DNA from: a virus
Taxonomy: Duplodnaviria; Caudoviricetes
IMG/VR virus record: IMGVR_UViG_2974651877_000001
Coordinates: 49,761 to 113,760 of that record
Reading direction: 5' to 3' (one strand)
Length of the DNA stretch: 64,000 nt
This document shows positions 25,980-34,190 of this stretch, one piece after another (the first letter of the stretch is position 1; the number at the start of each line of letters is the position of its first letter). Under the pieces are notes generated by a model that worked only from the letters and a program-made list of their open reading frames with translations, had not been told where the DNA came from and searched no databases. The translations under genes were made by a program, and so were the position numbers.

Positions 25980-26304
25980 AGCGTTACTACTAGGGCTACT
26001 GTTGCTCGGTGGCTGTGCCTCCGCACCACAGGAGCCTAGGGTTGAGGTCAGTAATGACGTTGTATTATTTCATCCAGTAATTCCGGACAACCCAAGCAAC
26101 CCAGGACTTAAAATTAAGGCCATTACTTCCGAACGCATCGCTAGTGGAGAACTACCAGATAAAGCGTATATAGGCTTCTTATACGATGACTGGCTGGAGT
26201 TCGCTAAGTGGATGCACAAGTATAAATCGGTTAACGAAGAACTTAGAAAAGCGATACAACAGTATCGGGAGCAGGACACTAGATATGACCAAGATAGTAA
26301 TTAG
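25969..26304 (+). CDS. o-spanin lipoprotein (Rz1-like, T4 PseT.2 type)
   Basis: Lipobox LGGC, Pro-rich linker, overlaps the i-spanin end. Confidence 0.8.
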   Translation: MRIKALLLGLLLLGGCASAPQEPRVEVSNDVVLFHPVIPDNPSNPGLKIKAITSERIASGELPDKAYIGFLYDDWLEFAKWMHKYKSVNEELRKAIQQYREQDTRYDQDSN

Positions 26305-26590
26305 TAATGAAGACCTTCAGGACTTCCCTACGGCACAGGCAGTAGTAGGCCTTGTTGCGGCTAAAAGGAAAGAAAGAGCTATCGCCTTCTTAAAAAACGT
26401 ACAGGGCAAGCTTAAAGATAACTGGCTTAAAGCGTATCCCAAAGACGAAATTGTTATCTATGGGCCGAAACCCCCTGAAGCAGCCCTAGAGTATTTACAT
26501 ATAATGGAGTACTTAGTAAAGGTGGAAAACCCTCCATCAATAGGCGCTATGAGTTCTGAGTTCAAAATTACTATCAAGTGGAGTAAGTAG
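26285..26590 (+). CDS. hypothetical protein
   Basis: ATG 26285 after AGGA. Confidence 0.65.
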   Translation: MTKIVISNEDLQDFPTAQAVVGLVAAKRKERAIAFLKNVQGKLKDNWLKAYPKDEIVIYGPKPPEAALEYLHIMEYLVKVENPPSIGAMSSEFKITIKWSK

Positions 26591-26591
26591 T

Positions 26592-26990
26592 ATGGTAGAG
26601 TTCATCACTGCAACTATTTTTAAGTACGACGGGAAGGTATACTCAGCCCCGAGAGCTGCTGTAGACTCCTATAAGAAGCGTAAGACTTTGCGTAACCTAC
26701 TTTCACGTTCACGTCTGTTAGACGATACAGAAGCTAGTACTGTACTAGCTACTATGGGTAGAGTTTTAGTATTTGATTGTGATGGACTAATCGTAGTACG
26801 TACCAGTAAAAAGACTAAAGACGACCTAAAAATGCTAGAAAAGGTTCACGACAGAGTAACTATCATGTTCCGCAGTAAGCCCTGTAATCTACGGGTTGCG
26901 AAAGATTTACTTAATAAAGGACTGGACTTGCAGGAATTTCCTGACTATTTTGGCACATTATACATGCACCCCGACTTTACCGAGCTTTAG
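26592..26990 (+). CDS. hypothetical protein
   Basis: 132-aa ORF with GGAG RBS. Confidence 0.7.
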   Translation: MVEFITATIFKYDGKVYSAPRAAVDSYKKRKTLRNLLSRSRLLDDTEASTVLATMGRVLVFDCDGLIVVRTSKKTKDDLKMLEKVHDRVTIMFRSKPCNLRVAKDLLNKGLDLQEFPDYFGTLYMHPDFTEL

Positions 26991-27012
26991 CTCGGTTTTG
27001 TCGTTTCTATAG

Positions 27013-27041
27013 TTGCCAAAAAGCCCAAAATTCGATATAAT
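27013..27041 (+). promoter_or_regulatory. sigma70 early promoter
   Basis: TTGCCA-N17-TATAAT. Confidence 0.8.
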
Positions 27042-27070
27042 AATTATATAAATTGAGATGAGGGAAGATT

Positions 27071-27295
27071 ATGCAAGTTTCAACCGATATATTCATGGTA
27101 GTGGAAGTACAGTCCGAGTATGTATACGGTAGGGAAGGAGTTAAGGAAGTATCTAGAACTACTGTTAAAGTCTTCGACCAATTATACGTAGGGAACGCTG
27201 CACTAGCTAACGCTGCCAAAGCAGAAGCGGAGAGATTAAACAAAGCCCACGGCTGTGATGTTGTAAAATACGTAGTAGAAACAAAACCACGATAA
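27071..27295 (+). CDS. hypothetical protein
   Basis: 74-aa ORF with GAGGG RBS. Confidence 0.7.
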   Translation: MQVSTDIFMVVEVQSEYVYGREGVKEVSRTTVKVFDQLYVGNAALANAAKAEAERLNKAHGCDVVKYVVETKPR

Positions 27296-27305
27296 GGAGC
27301 ACTAT

Positions 27306-27833
27306 ATGCATATTTACTGTGACGGTTCTGCTACAGCTACTACCAAAAAGGGAACAGTTCTAGCTGCGGGTTGGTCAGTAGTAACGAACTCTAAAGTGTT
27401 TTATGGGCACTGTAAAGCCCATACCACTGCGAGAAAGAACACTACTACAGCCACTATCCCTGAGCTTACAGCCTTACTCTACGCCCTAAAGATAGCCCAA
27501 GAAGGTGACGTAATACACACAGACCAAGAGCGTTTGCTAGACGAGTTACTAGTAAAAGGAGCCTTGGGCGGGGGTAAGCTTTTAAGGCTAGAGCAGCCTA
27601 AGTGGAATCCTGGACGCTCTAGGGTTCAACACCTAAAGTTTTATATCAATGAGCTGATGAAGAAGAAACAAGGGATAACGATACAGTTTACCCCTAGGGA
27701 ACAGAGCAAATACACTAAAGGTAACTTGCCGTGTTATTTGGCTGATACCTTTTCTAGGCTGGGAAGAGACCAACTACTTCCTGGCGAATTACTAACAAAA
27801 AGATTAAAGGGGAGAACGCCAGTATATGTTTGA
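27306..27833 (+). CDS. RNase H-like protein
   Basis: IYCDGS, ELTAL, IHTD and LAD..SR give the D-E-D-D catalytic layout. Confidence 0.8.
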   Translation: MHIYCDGSATATTKKGTVLAAGWSVVTNSKVFYGHCKAHTTARKNTTTATIPELTALLYALKIAQEGDVIHTDQERLLDELLVKGALGGGKLLRLEQPKWNPGRSRVQHLKFYINELMKKKQGITIQFTPREQSKYTKGNLPCYLADTFSRLGRDQLLPGELLTKRLKGRTPVYV

Positions 27834-28131
27834 TGCAAATCTAAGAGCACTACCGAACGGCCACCGATTCTTTGCTAAGGTCGTTTCAGGCTTCAAAGGG
27901 TACGACGTTACCGGAGAGCTGCATCAAGACAACATTGTTGAGTGTGTGATGCTAGACAACAGTGAAGATAACTGCGAGATACTACTAGTAAAGCCAGGAC
28001 TCTCCCTAAGAGAGACCTCAATGGAGATGGAGTACTTGTTAGTCTATGAAGGTGACTATGACGGCACTGGTTTCATAGACGAGGACTCCGTAATTATAGC
28101 TAACCAAATTATCAGGAGCAAGTTCAAATGA
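27826..28131 (+). CDS. hypothetical protein
   Basis: 101-aa ORF. Confidence 0.7.
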   Translation: MFDANLRALPNGHRFFAKVVSGFKGYDVTGELHQDNIVECVMLDNSEDNCEILLVKPGLSLRETSMEMEYLLVYEGDYDGTGFIDEDSVIIANQIIRSKFK

Positions 28132-28195
28132 AAAGACAAGTAAAAACAAAAAACAACCGCAGGGTTTATTTCACCCGAGTTCTTAAGAGACGTAA

Positions 28196-28456
28196 GTGAT
28201 GAAGCCCCGCAAGCAATACAAGAGGCGTATGTCTAAGCTGCATAAGCAGACTAAGAGCCTAGGCTTAGAGAACTATATAGCTTTACTAATCGGTGTGCAG
28301 CAAGCCAAGTATGATAGAAGACTCTCTAGGAAGAAAGGGGCTAAGGTGGAGTTAGGAAAAATAGAAAAATCCACACTTTTCCATACTCAACGTATTTACT
28401 ACAGATTACCGGACGGACGTTTACTAAAGAGCCATGGCTACCGTATAGTATGGTAA
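28196..28456 (+). CDS. basic hypothetical protein
   Basis: 86-aa K/R-rich ORF. Confidence 0.6.
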   Translation: MMKPRKQYKRRMSKLHKQTKSLGLENYIALLIGVQQAKYDRRLSRKKGAKVELGKIEKSTLFHTQRIYYRLPDGRLLKSHGYRIVW

Positions 28457-28464
28457 ATCATTAA

Positions 28465-28493
28465 TAGCCAATTCTCTAATAATTTCGTATAAT
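28465..28493 (+). promoter_or_regulatory. sigma70 early promoter
   Basis: TAGCCA-N17-TATAAT. Confidence 0.75.
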
Positions 28494-28520
28494 ATTTATA
28501 TAAATTGAATTGGAGCGAAC

Positions 28521-29078
28521 ATGAACGATAAATTACAGCATCTTAGTGATAGGATAAGGTACTTCTTAGCCTCCCCAGGTTGGGTTGAGTTAGACAGTAG
28601 AACCATCCAAGACCTAAAGGAGAAGTTTGGACTAGTGTCTATGTGCAGGTATAAGTTCCAACTACATCTAAAGCATCGTGAAGGGGAAATCGCACAATAC
28701 CTATTTATAATGAATAGACCTAAACCGTACCTCGCGTTATTGCACCAACTACTGTGCACAAAAAACGTACAAATTAGACGGTTGGCGACAAGTTACTACA
28801 GCTCCTATGAGTGTATCTTCAAAAACTCCAAAAAGAGCTTTACTGTTCACAGTACCCCAACTCGTTTTAGGGACATATCTAGAGGACGTGACCGACAAGT
28901 AGACCCTCTACTTTCTTGGATGACTCCTGACGAGTTACGTATTTTCACTAAGTTCGTGTCTCGTGCCTGCAGAGAGCAAGAGGAGCGTAAGAAAAGAATA
29001 CAGAAGTACTTGACTGAGCGTGCAGGCCGCAATAGCCGCCAACAGATGATAGACTTATTGCCAGGAGACCTACTATGA
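28521..29078 (+). CDS. hypothetical protein
   Basis: 185-aa ORF with GGAG RBS. Confidence 0.7.
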   Translation: MNDKLQHLSDRIRYFLASPGWVELDSRTIQDLKEKFGLVSMCRYKFQLHLKHREGEIAQYLFIMNRPKPYLALLHQLLCTKNVQIRRLATSYYSSYECIFKNSKKSFTVHSTPTRFRDISRGRDRQVDPLLSWMTPDELRIFTKFVSRACREQEERKKRIQKYLTERAGRNSRQQMIDLLPGDLL

Positions 29079-29257
29079 AAGGACAAATCAGAGCATTCAC
29101 CTGTATCTCTAAAGACAGATACAAGCCAAAGAACTTAATAGTGGTTCTAGAAGTGAAGGATGAAGTAGTACGTTTTGCGTATCTAGGCAGTTCTTCTCGT
29201 CACCGACGCAGCATGACTAAGAGCAGCTTCCTACAACAAACTGAAAGGTATTTCTAA
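29075..29257 (+). CDS. hypothetical protein
   Basis: 60-aa coupled ORF. Confidence 0.6.
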   Translation: MKGQIRAFTCISKDRYKPKNLIVVLEVKDEVVRFAYLGSSSRHRRSMTKSSFLQQTERYF

Positions 29258-29520
29258 TGTTAAGAGGACGCACTAAGCTAAACATACTACTGGGTCTCTG
29301 TTGCATACTGTTTCTTGGTAGCCTCCTAGGGCTACAAGCCTACTCGGCGTATCACAAAGGACAGGTGGACAAACTTAAGTGGTGTTTCGGAACACTACCA
29401 GAAGCACAAATACAGGTGACAGCAGCAAGGCATAAACGTTACCTACACACTGCGTACGTGTCGGGGGTAGAGAACACTCCCTGCACTAACGAGAACCCCG
29501 TAGAGGTATCGAGAAAATGA
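29257..29520 (+). CDS. membrane-anchored or secreted protein
   Basis: N-terminal hydrophobic helix. Confidence 0.65.
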   Translation: MLRGRTKLNILLGLCCILFLGSLLGLQAYSAYHKGQVDKLKWCFGTLPEAQIQVTAARHKRYLHTAYVSGVENTPCTNENPVEVSRK

Positions 29521-29891
29521 AAATCTTATTTATATTAATATTTACGCTCGCGTTGTTTGGCTGTGACGCGTCACCTAGAAAATCCAGTGGTGTGAGTACT
29601 TTCGCAGGTAAATGTCCTCCAGGTCAGATGAAAGAAATTGACTCTAACGAATGCGAAGACATCCTAGATGCACTAGACCTAGACGAAGATTGGGACTACG
29701 ATAAACGAAAGAAGGCGGTGAAACCACCTAGCCCTAAGAAGAAACAGGTCAAACCAAAAACAAAGACAGCCACTAAGGCAGTACCTAAACCTAAGCGAGT
29801 AGTTAAGCCTAAGAAGCCCGCCTACAAACCTAGAGACACATACCGAGCTAAGCCTAGGTTTGGGTCAGCTAAAAGGAGCAAGCGCAAATGA
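29517..29891 (+). CDS. lipoprotein with a Lys/Pro-rich tail
   Basis: Lipobox LFGC; acidic patch followed by KP-rich C-terminal half. Confidence 0.75.
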   Translation: MKILFILIFTLALFGCDASPRKSSGVSTFAGKCPPGQMKEIDSNECEDILDALDLDEDWDYDKRKKAVKPPSPKKKQVKPKTKTATKAVPKPKRVVKPKKPAYKPRDTYRAKPRFGSAKRSKRK

Positions 29892-30019
29892 TTAAGGCTA
29901 AAGAATTATTAATAGTAGTAGCTATACTACTAGGTATCTTAACAATTAGTGCTGTCGTGGCTGGATTATTCTACGGTACTATAGCATACATCATAGGCAG
30001 TATGGTAGGAGTGATTTAA
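29888..30019 (+). CDS. small membrane protein (43 aa)
   Basis: MIKAKELLIVVAILLGILTISAVVAGLFYGTIAYIIGSMVGVI; coupled at both ends. Confidence 0.6.
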   Translation: MIKAKELLIVVAILLGILTISAVVAGLFYGTIAYIIGSMVGVI

Positions 30020-30327
30020 TGGAAAACAAAATTTACGTCTTCTCTGCTTCAGAGCTAGAAAAAGAGAGAACTAACAAGCTAGTCCCTGGTATGCTATATT
30101 GGGTATCTAAAGTATGGACAGAGAACGTGTTAATGTCCCCTACTGGAGGCACTGACCCATGTACGTTCGCTAGCTTAGTTCCTCTAGACGACCACGGACA
30201 ACCACTGCCTAGTGTAGATATTGTAGTCACTATCGACTGGTGGGCTACTGACCTACGACTCAGCAAATACAAGCCTGTTGGTGAGATGCACAAACAGACC
30301 ATCTTTTTACCGGAGCTACTAGGATGA
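30019..30327 (+). CDS. hypothetical protein
   Basis: 102-aa ORF with AGGAG RBS. Confidence 0.7.
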   Translation: MENKIYVFSASELEKERTNKLVPGMLYWVSKVWTENVLMSPTGGTDPCTFASLVPLDDHGQPLPSVDIVVTIDWWATDLRLSKYKPVGEMHKQTIFLPELLG

Positions 30328-30524
30328 CTAAAGCACTACTAATGATACTGGCCATACTAATGTTATCGGGATGTGAAAACTCTAAGGAGTTTTCCGAATC
30401 TGCCAGAGTACAGTGCCTAGGCGGTGTTAAGTACTGGGTTGTCAGTGAAACCCCAGGGTATCAGGCAGGTATGGCGGTGTACTTAAACCCCAAAACGTTG
30501 CAACCGGAAAACTGCGGATATTGA
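30324..30524 (+). CDS. small lipoprotein
   Basis: Lipobox LSGC; CLGGVKY...C. Confidence 0.75.
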   Translation: MTKALLMILAILMLSGCENSKEFSESARVQCLGGVKYWVVSETPGYQAGMAVYLNPKTLQPENCGY

Positions 30525-30525
30525 A

Positions 30526-30849
30526 ATGATTAAAACAGCTCCCAATACACTTCTGTACCGCTACCTGAGGGAGTACATGCCCCCAGCAGTTAGGCAGTAT
30601 GCTAACAGGATGGTAGCAGCGGAAGTCCTAGTAAAAGTGACTAATCTACAGGGTCACTACTTAACTGCTGCTGCCCTAGGTCTAGTAGTTAGGGCGGAGA
30701 GATACATCAGACCTTCAGATGATGAGTGTATCTACGCAGTACGAATATCAGAATTTCATAAACAAGGAATTAACATACCAAACTCTACAGTACCTATAGT
30801 ACTTGGGGCGGATTGTGTAACAGAACTTAACAGAGAACCTGGCAGGTAG
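30526..30849 (+). CDS. hypothetical protein
   Basis: 107-aa ORF. Confidence 0.65.
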   Translation: MIKTAPNTLLYRYLREYMPPAVRQYANRMVAAEVLVKVTNLQGHYLTAAALGLVVRAERYIRPSDDECIYAVRISEFHKQGINIPNSTVPIVLGADCVTELNREPGR

Positions 30850-30865
30850 CCAGTAAGGAACAAAA

Positions 30866-31264
30866 TTGAGCACACTATCACTAGCACAGGAACCTTACCG
30901 TGGTTTTTACTTCTACCACTTCTTACTACAGGTAGGGCTGGCTCTAGGCATCGACATTTATGACGAGAATGCCGATGTAGTAAAATCCCTAGAACATCAC
31001 CCTAAGTACAACGACTGGCTACAGAAGGTGGCCAGTGAAGATGGCACGGAAGAGTTTGTAGTAACTATCGCTGATTACTGCAACGCTGCACAGGGCATTG
31101 TTACCCCTGAGATGGCAGAGTTCGTTGAAGCCCTGCTTCAAGCAAGTGACCAACAAGACCATACAGTGCTACTAATCAGTATGCACTCTGGTTCCAGTGA
31201 TTACCTAAAAGTTAGCGATGCGAAAGACATGCTAGCGTTCTACCACAAACAACCTCAACAATAA
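30866..31264 (+). CDS. hypothetical protein
   Basis: 132-aa ORF; TAAGGA RBS, TTG start. Confidence 0.7.
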   Translation: MSTLSLAQEPYRGFYFYHFLLQVGLALGIDIYDENADVVKSLEHHPKYNDWLQKVASEDGTEEFVVTIADYCNAAQGIVTPEMAEFVEALLQASDQQDHTVLLISMHSGSSDYLKVSDAKDMLAFYHKQPQQ

Positions 31265-31273
31265 GGAAAAATA

Positions 31274-31600
31274 ATGGGCGAATTAGTTTGGATTGCACTA
31301 ACCACTTTACAACCCTTCCCAGCGTTCGTTCCCCTAGAGGAACACATTCCCTTAAGAGCTATCAAGCTCTCTGAAGACAAGATGCAAGTAAGCATAGAGC
31401 AGGTGGCTAGAATCTATCCTGCCATCGAGGATATCTTCACTAATGAAAACTTTGTTATCTTCTCTGGAGCGGAGTTCACAGAACTACCAGTAGCACATGA
31501 TGGAGAGATAGTAGAGGGTCTAGAGCAATTAGCTGAAGCTTCCCGAAAAGGGGCAGAAGCTATCCAATCCTTGTCAGCGGCTATTGCGAAACTTCGTTAG
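31274..31600 (+). CDS. hypothetical protein
   Basis: 108-aa ORF with TAAGGA RBS. Confidence 0.7.
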   Translation: MGELVWIALTTLQPFPAFVPLEEHIPLRAIKLSEDKMQVSIEQVARIYPAIEDIFTNENFVIFSGAEFTELPVAHDGEIVEGLEQLAEASRKGAEAIQSLSAAIAKLR

Positions 31601-31611
31601 CCTAAGAACAT

Positions 31612-31634
31612 AAGCCCCTTAATTGGGGCTTTTT
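31612..31634 (+). terminator. Rho-independent terminator
   Basis: AAGCCCC-TTAATT-GGGGCTTTTT. Confidence 0.8.
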
Positions 31635-31639
31635 GTCGT

Positions 31640-31668
31640 TTGCTTCGAATCCAAATTTTCGCTATAAT
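31640..31668 (+). promoter_or_regulatory. sigma70 early promoter
   Basis: TTGCTT-N17-TATAAT. Confidence 0.8.
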
Positions 31669-31697
31669 ATTTATATAAATTAATTGAGAGGTTAGTT

Positions 31698-32087
31698 ATG
31701 CACTATAGAGAAGCGTGTCAAGTCCTAGCAGAAGGTGAGCCTGCCCCAGAAGATATGTGTAACATAGCATGTGGTTGCTGTGCAGGTGAGTGGTCATCCA
31801 TCCAGTCCTCTATTTACCGACTAGGAGATGATAAACCTACCGTTTACAAGAACTACGTAGGCCAAGAGAACTGTGAGTATGTTCTAAGCACAGCAGGCGG
31901 ATACCAAGAAATGTATCAATGCCCAAACTGTAGCAAAGAAGGAGATGTAGTGTTTCTCTATAACATAGCTGAATCAGGCAACCTAGGCCCTCACGATAGG
32001 TACAAACTAGCGCAGTTGATAGTGGAAGAGCACGATCTACAAAACAGGCTCAAAAGTGTTATAGAAGAAATTAGACAGTACATCTAG
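31698..32087 (+). CDS. Cys-rich hypothetical protein
   Basis: CGCC and CPNC. Confidence 0.7.
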   Translation: MHYREACQVLAEGEPAPEDMCNIACGCCAGEWSSIQSSIYRLGDDKPTVYKNYVGQENCEYVLSTAGGYQEMYQCPNCSKEGDVVFLYNIAESGNLGPHDRYKLAQLIVEEHDLQNRLKSVIEEIRQYI

Positions 32088-32096
32088 GAGAACCTC

Positions 32097-32282
32097 ATGG
32101 ATTTGAAAGAATACGATAAATACTTTGCCCACTTTGTTAAGGTAACTGGAGGTTCCGCAAAAGCAGAATCAACTAGAACGCACTTCCAGAGAGCTTACGA
32201 CTTACACAAAGGTGACTGGCAACACACGATTTCGATAGCGGTAGCTATCGATTCCGCTTATAAAGCAGGACTAAGATTTTAA
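32097..32282 (+). CDS. hypothetical protein
   Basis: 61-aa ORF with AGGAG RBS. Confidence 0.7.
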   Translation: MDLKEYDKYFAHFVKVTGGSAKAESTRTHFQRAYDLHKGDWQHTISIAVAIDSAYKAGLRF

Positions 32283-32294
32283 CGGAGATTATTA

Positions 32295-32624
32295 ATGTTT
32301 TTAGCCAATAAAGACTACCACACAATCCTACGACTAGAGCGACTATGGAAGCAGTTTCATGGTAAATCATTTAAATCTATGCACCCCGATGAAAAGTGTA
32401 TTGGTTGCTTCCTAGGAGTAGAAGGCCACTCAGCTTGGGAAGATGCGGAATGTGCCAAAGTATCCTTTAAGCAGAAGGATAACCCATTCACTAAGCGCAA
32501 AGATATTGAGGCTATCATCCAAGACCTAGTAGACCGTGAAAAAGAAGCGGGTGATAAGAACAGGCGTGACGAGATGATGCAAAAGTCAAAGAACTACAAT
32601 GATGAGCAAGCGGCGGATATTTAA
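32295..32624 (+). CDS. hypothetical protein
   Basis: 109-aa ORF with GGAG RBS. Confidence 0.7.
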   Translation: MFLANKDYHTILRLERLWKQFHGKSFKSMHPDEKCIGCFLGVEGHSAWEDAECAKVSFKQKDNPFTKRKDIEAIIQDLVDREKEAGDKNRRDEMMQKSKNYNDEQAADI

Positions 32625-32633
32625 GAGGTAACA

Positions 32634-33335
32634 ATGGAACAATATAGACACGAGCTTTACCATAAAGTAAAAGAAACACTAAAACAAGTCAAGACTGGAG
32701 AGGTAGCTTTAACGGAGCTACACTTAATGTTACTAGGGTTCTCTAAGAGAGGAAAACAGTCACTAGCCAAGTCTCAAAGTACTTGGCAATTCTCCTTTGG
32801 TAATGCACCGGGAGGTATAGAGTATATTTGCAGGTACTGGGCATTACATGAAGAACGTGATAACTACTTCCTGAATCCAGAGTCTGTAGGCCTAGGACGT
32901 GGTAAGTCTGATGTAGGCACTGAACTCTCCTTCTCTAGTGGTGATACTACGCATATTAAAGAGTTTGTGAAAAAACTACCTCAATGGCCAGAATTAGGCT
33001 ACAAACCTAACTGGGGCAAATGGAAGAAGAACTCTGAGCTTTCTAATACTTGGAATACTCCTGTCCTCGCTGTGTTGTACGAGATAGTATATGAAAAACC
33101 AGTACATATCATGCAATTGGTAGAGGAACTTAAGACTCGCGAGTTTGTGCCGACCTGCCAGTTCAATTTGTGCAATGGCAACCCAGGACTTAAGCACCCT
33201 ATACTAACTAAAGCTTCTAGAGCCGAACAGATTGAAGATTTTAGACAAGGCAAGCCGGCCAAGCTTCGCGAGACTAAGGAGCTAATGAACGAGAAACCAA
33301 AAATCGGAATGACTATCAAACTCACCCCAGAGTAG
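32634..33335 (+). CDS. hypothetical protein
   Basis: 233-aa ORF with GAGG RBS; last early gene before the non-coding block. Confidence 0.75.
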   Translation: MEQYRHELYHKVKETLKQVKTGEVALTELHLMLLGFSKRGKQSLAKSQSTWQFSFGNAPGGIEYICRYWALHEERDNYFLNPESVGLGRGKSDVGTELSFSSGDTTHIKEFVKKLPQWPELGYKPNWGKWKKNSELSNTWNTPVLAVLYEIVYEKPVHIMQLVEELKTREFVPTCQFNLCNGNPGLKHPILTKASRAEQIEDFRQGKPAKLRETKELMNEKPKIGMTIKLTPE

Positions 33336-33345
33336 AAAAAGTCGG

Positions 33346-33373
33346 TTGGAAAAATTTCAAAATATGTTATAAT
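33346..33373 (+). promoter_or_regulatory. sigma70 promoter upstream of a non-coding hairpin region
   Basis: TTGGAA-N16-TATAAT with an extended -10 (TGT TATAAT). Confidence 0.6.
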
Positions 33374-33430
33374 CATATGGAACTTTTAGAGACTAGGAGG
33401 TTTTAATTTACCTCCTTTCTAAAAACCCTA

Positions 33431-33534
33431 GCTCGCTTCGCGAATGCCTAGGATTCTTGTTTCCATTCGGGAGGCGGCAGCAAAGGAGAGATGGAAACAA
33501 CAAAAATCCTAGTAGTATTCGCAAAAAAGCGAGC
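33431..33534 (+). ncRNA. long interrupted hairpin (sRNA or DNA stem-loop)
   Basis: Four nested stems: GCTCGCTT/AAGCGAGC, GCGAATGC/GTATTCGC, CTAGGATT/AATCCTAG, TTGTTTCCAT/ATGGAAACAA. Confidence 0.6.
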
Positions 33535-33777
33535 AATAAAAATACTACTAAATATCTTTTAATAACTTCTTAATCTTTTGGTGGGGACTCTAATACCCTA
33601 AATTCCACTCGAACCTTAAAAAGTCATCTTTTACTAAAAAGAGACTCCTCAAAAACAGACTACCTTAATTCCCACAAGAGACTTTTACAAAACAAAAGTC
33701 ATGTCCGCCCCGCAATCCCTTCCTAGTATCTTTCCCTATAATTCATTCCTAGCTTCTAAAATCTAATAAACCACATA

Positions 33778-33863
33778 TAGAATCCGCACTCACATAACTT
33801 TCCCTAGAATCCGCACTCACAAACCCATTTCAAAATCTACCTAGCTCACATAACTTTCCCTAG
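33778..33863 (+). repeat. overlapping direct repeats in a G-poor tract
   Basis: TAGAATCCGCACTCACA twice (33778, 33805); CTCACATAACTTTCCCTAG twice (33789, 33845). Confidence 0.85.
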
Positions 33864-34190
33864 CCAACCTATCCCTAGCCTTATTGTAATTACAGGCACT
33901 TAAATTACAGGAACCCGACGGCTTTGCCGTCGAACCCCCTGAGCCCCAGGTTGAATTCTACCAGCTCCTGTACTCCACAGGTGGCGCGGCTTTTGAGGCC
34001 CCAAGGGCGCAGAATCTCACCGAAACCCTATTGTCAAGCGATTATTTCAAGTTTTTGCCGATTACCTCCAAAAACCCTCAAAAACGCCCCAGGGCCCATG
34101 TAGCTCGACGGCTACGCCGTCGACACGTAACTTTTGCACTCATAGATTTCGCACTCCCTGGGGCGCAGAATCAATGTACCAGAGAAGTTG

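Noticed and set aside
28128-28199. 23-codon basic ORF that might frameshift into 28196-28456
   Set aside because: No slippery site; simple translational coupling explains it
525-33376. Numerous minus-strand ORFs opposite the early genes (e.g. 7754-8209, 9312-9623, 32999-33376)
   Set aside because: Antisense shadows of well-supported + strand genes; no RBS and no recognisable motifs
33778-33863. CRISPR-like or iteron array
   Set aside because: Only two copies of each unit, overlapping, with no unique spacers
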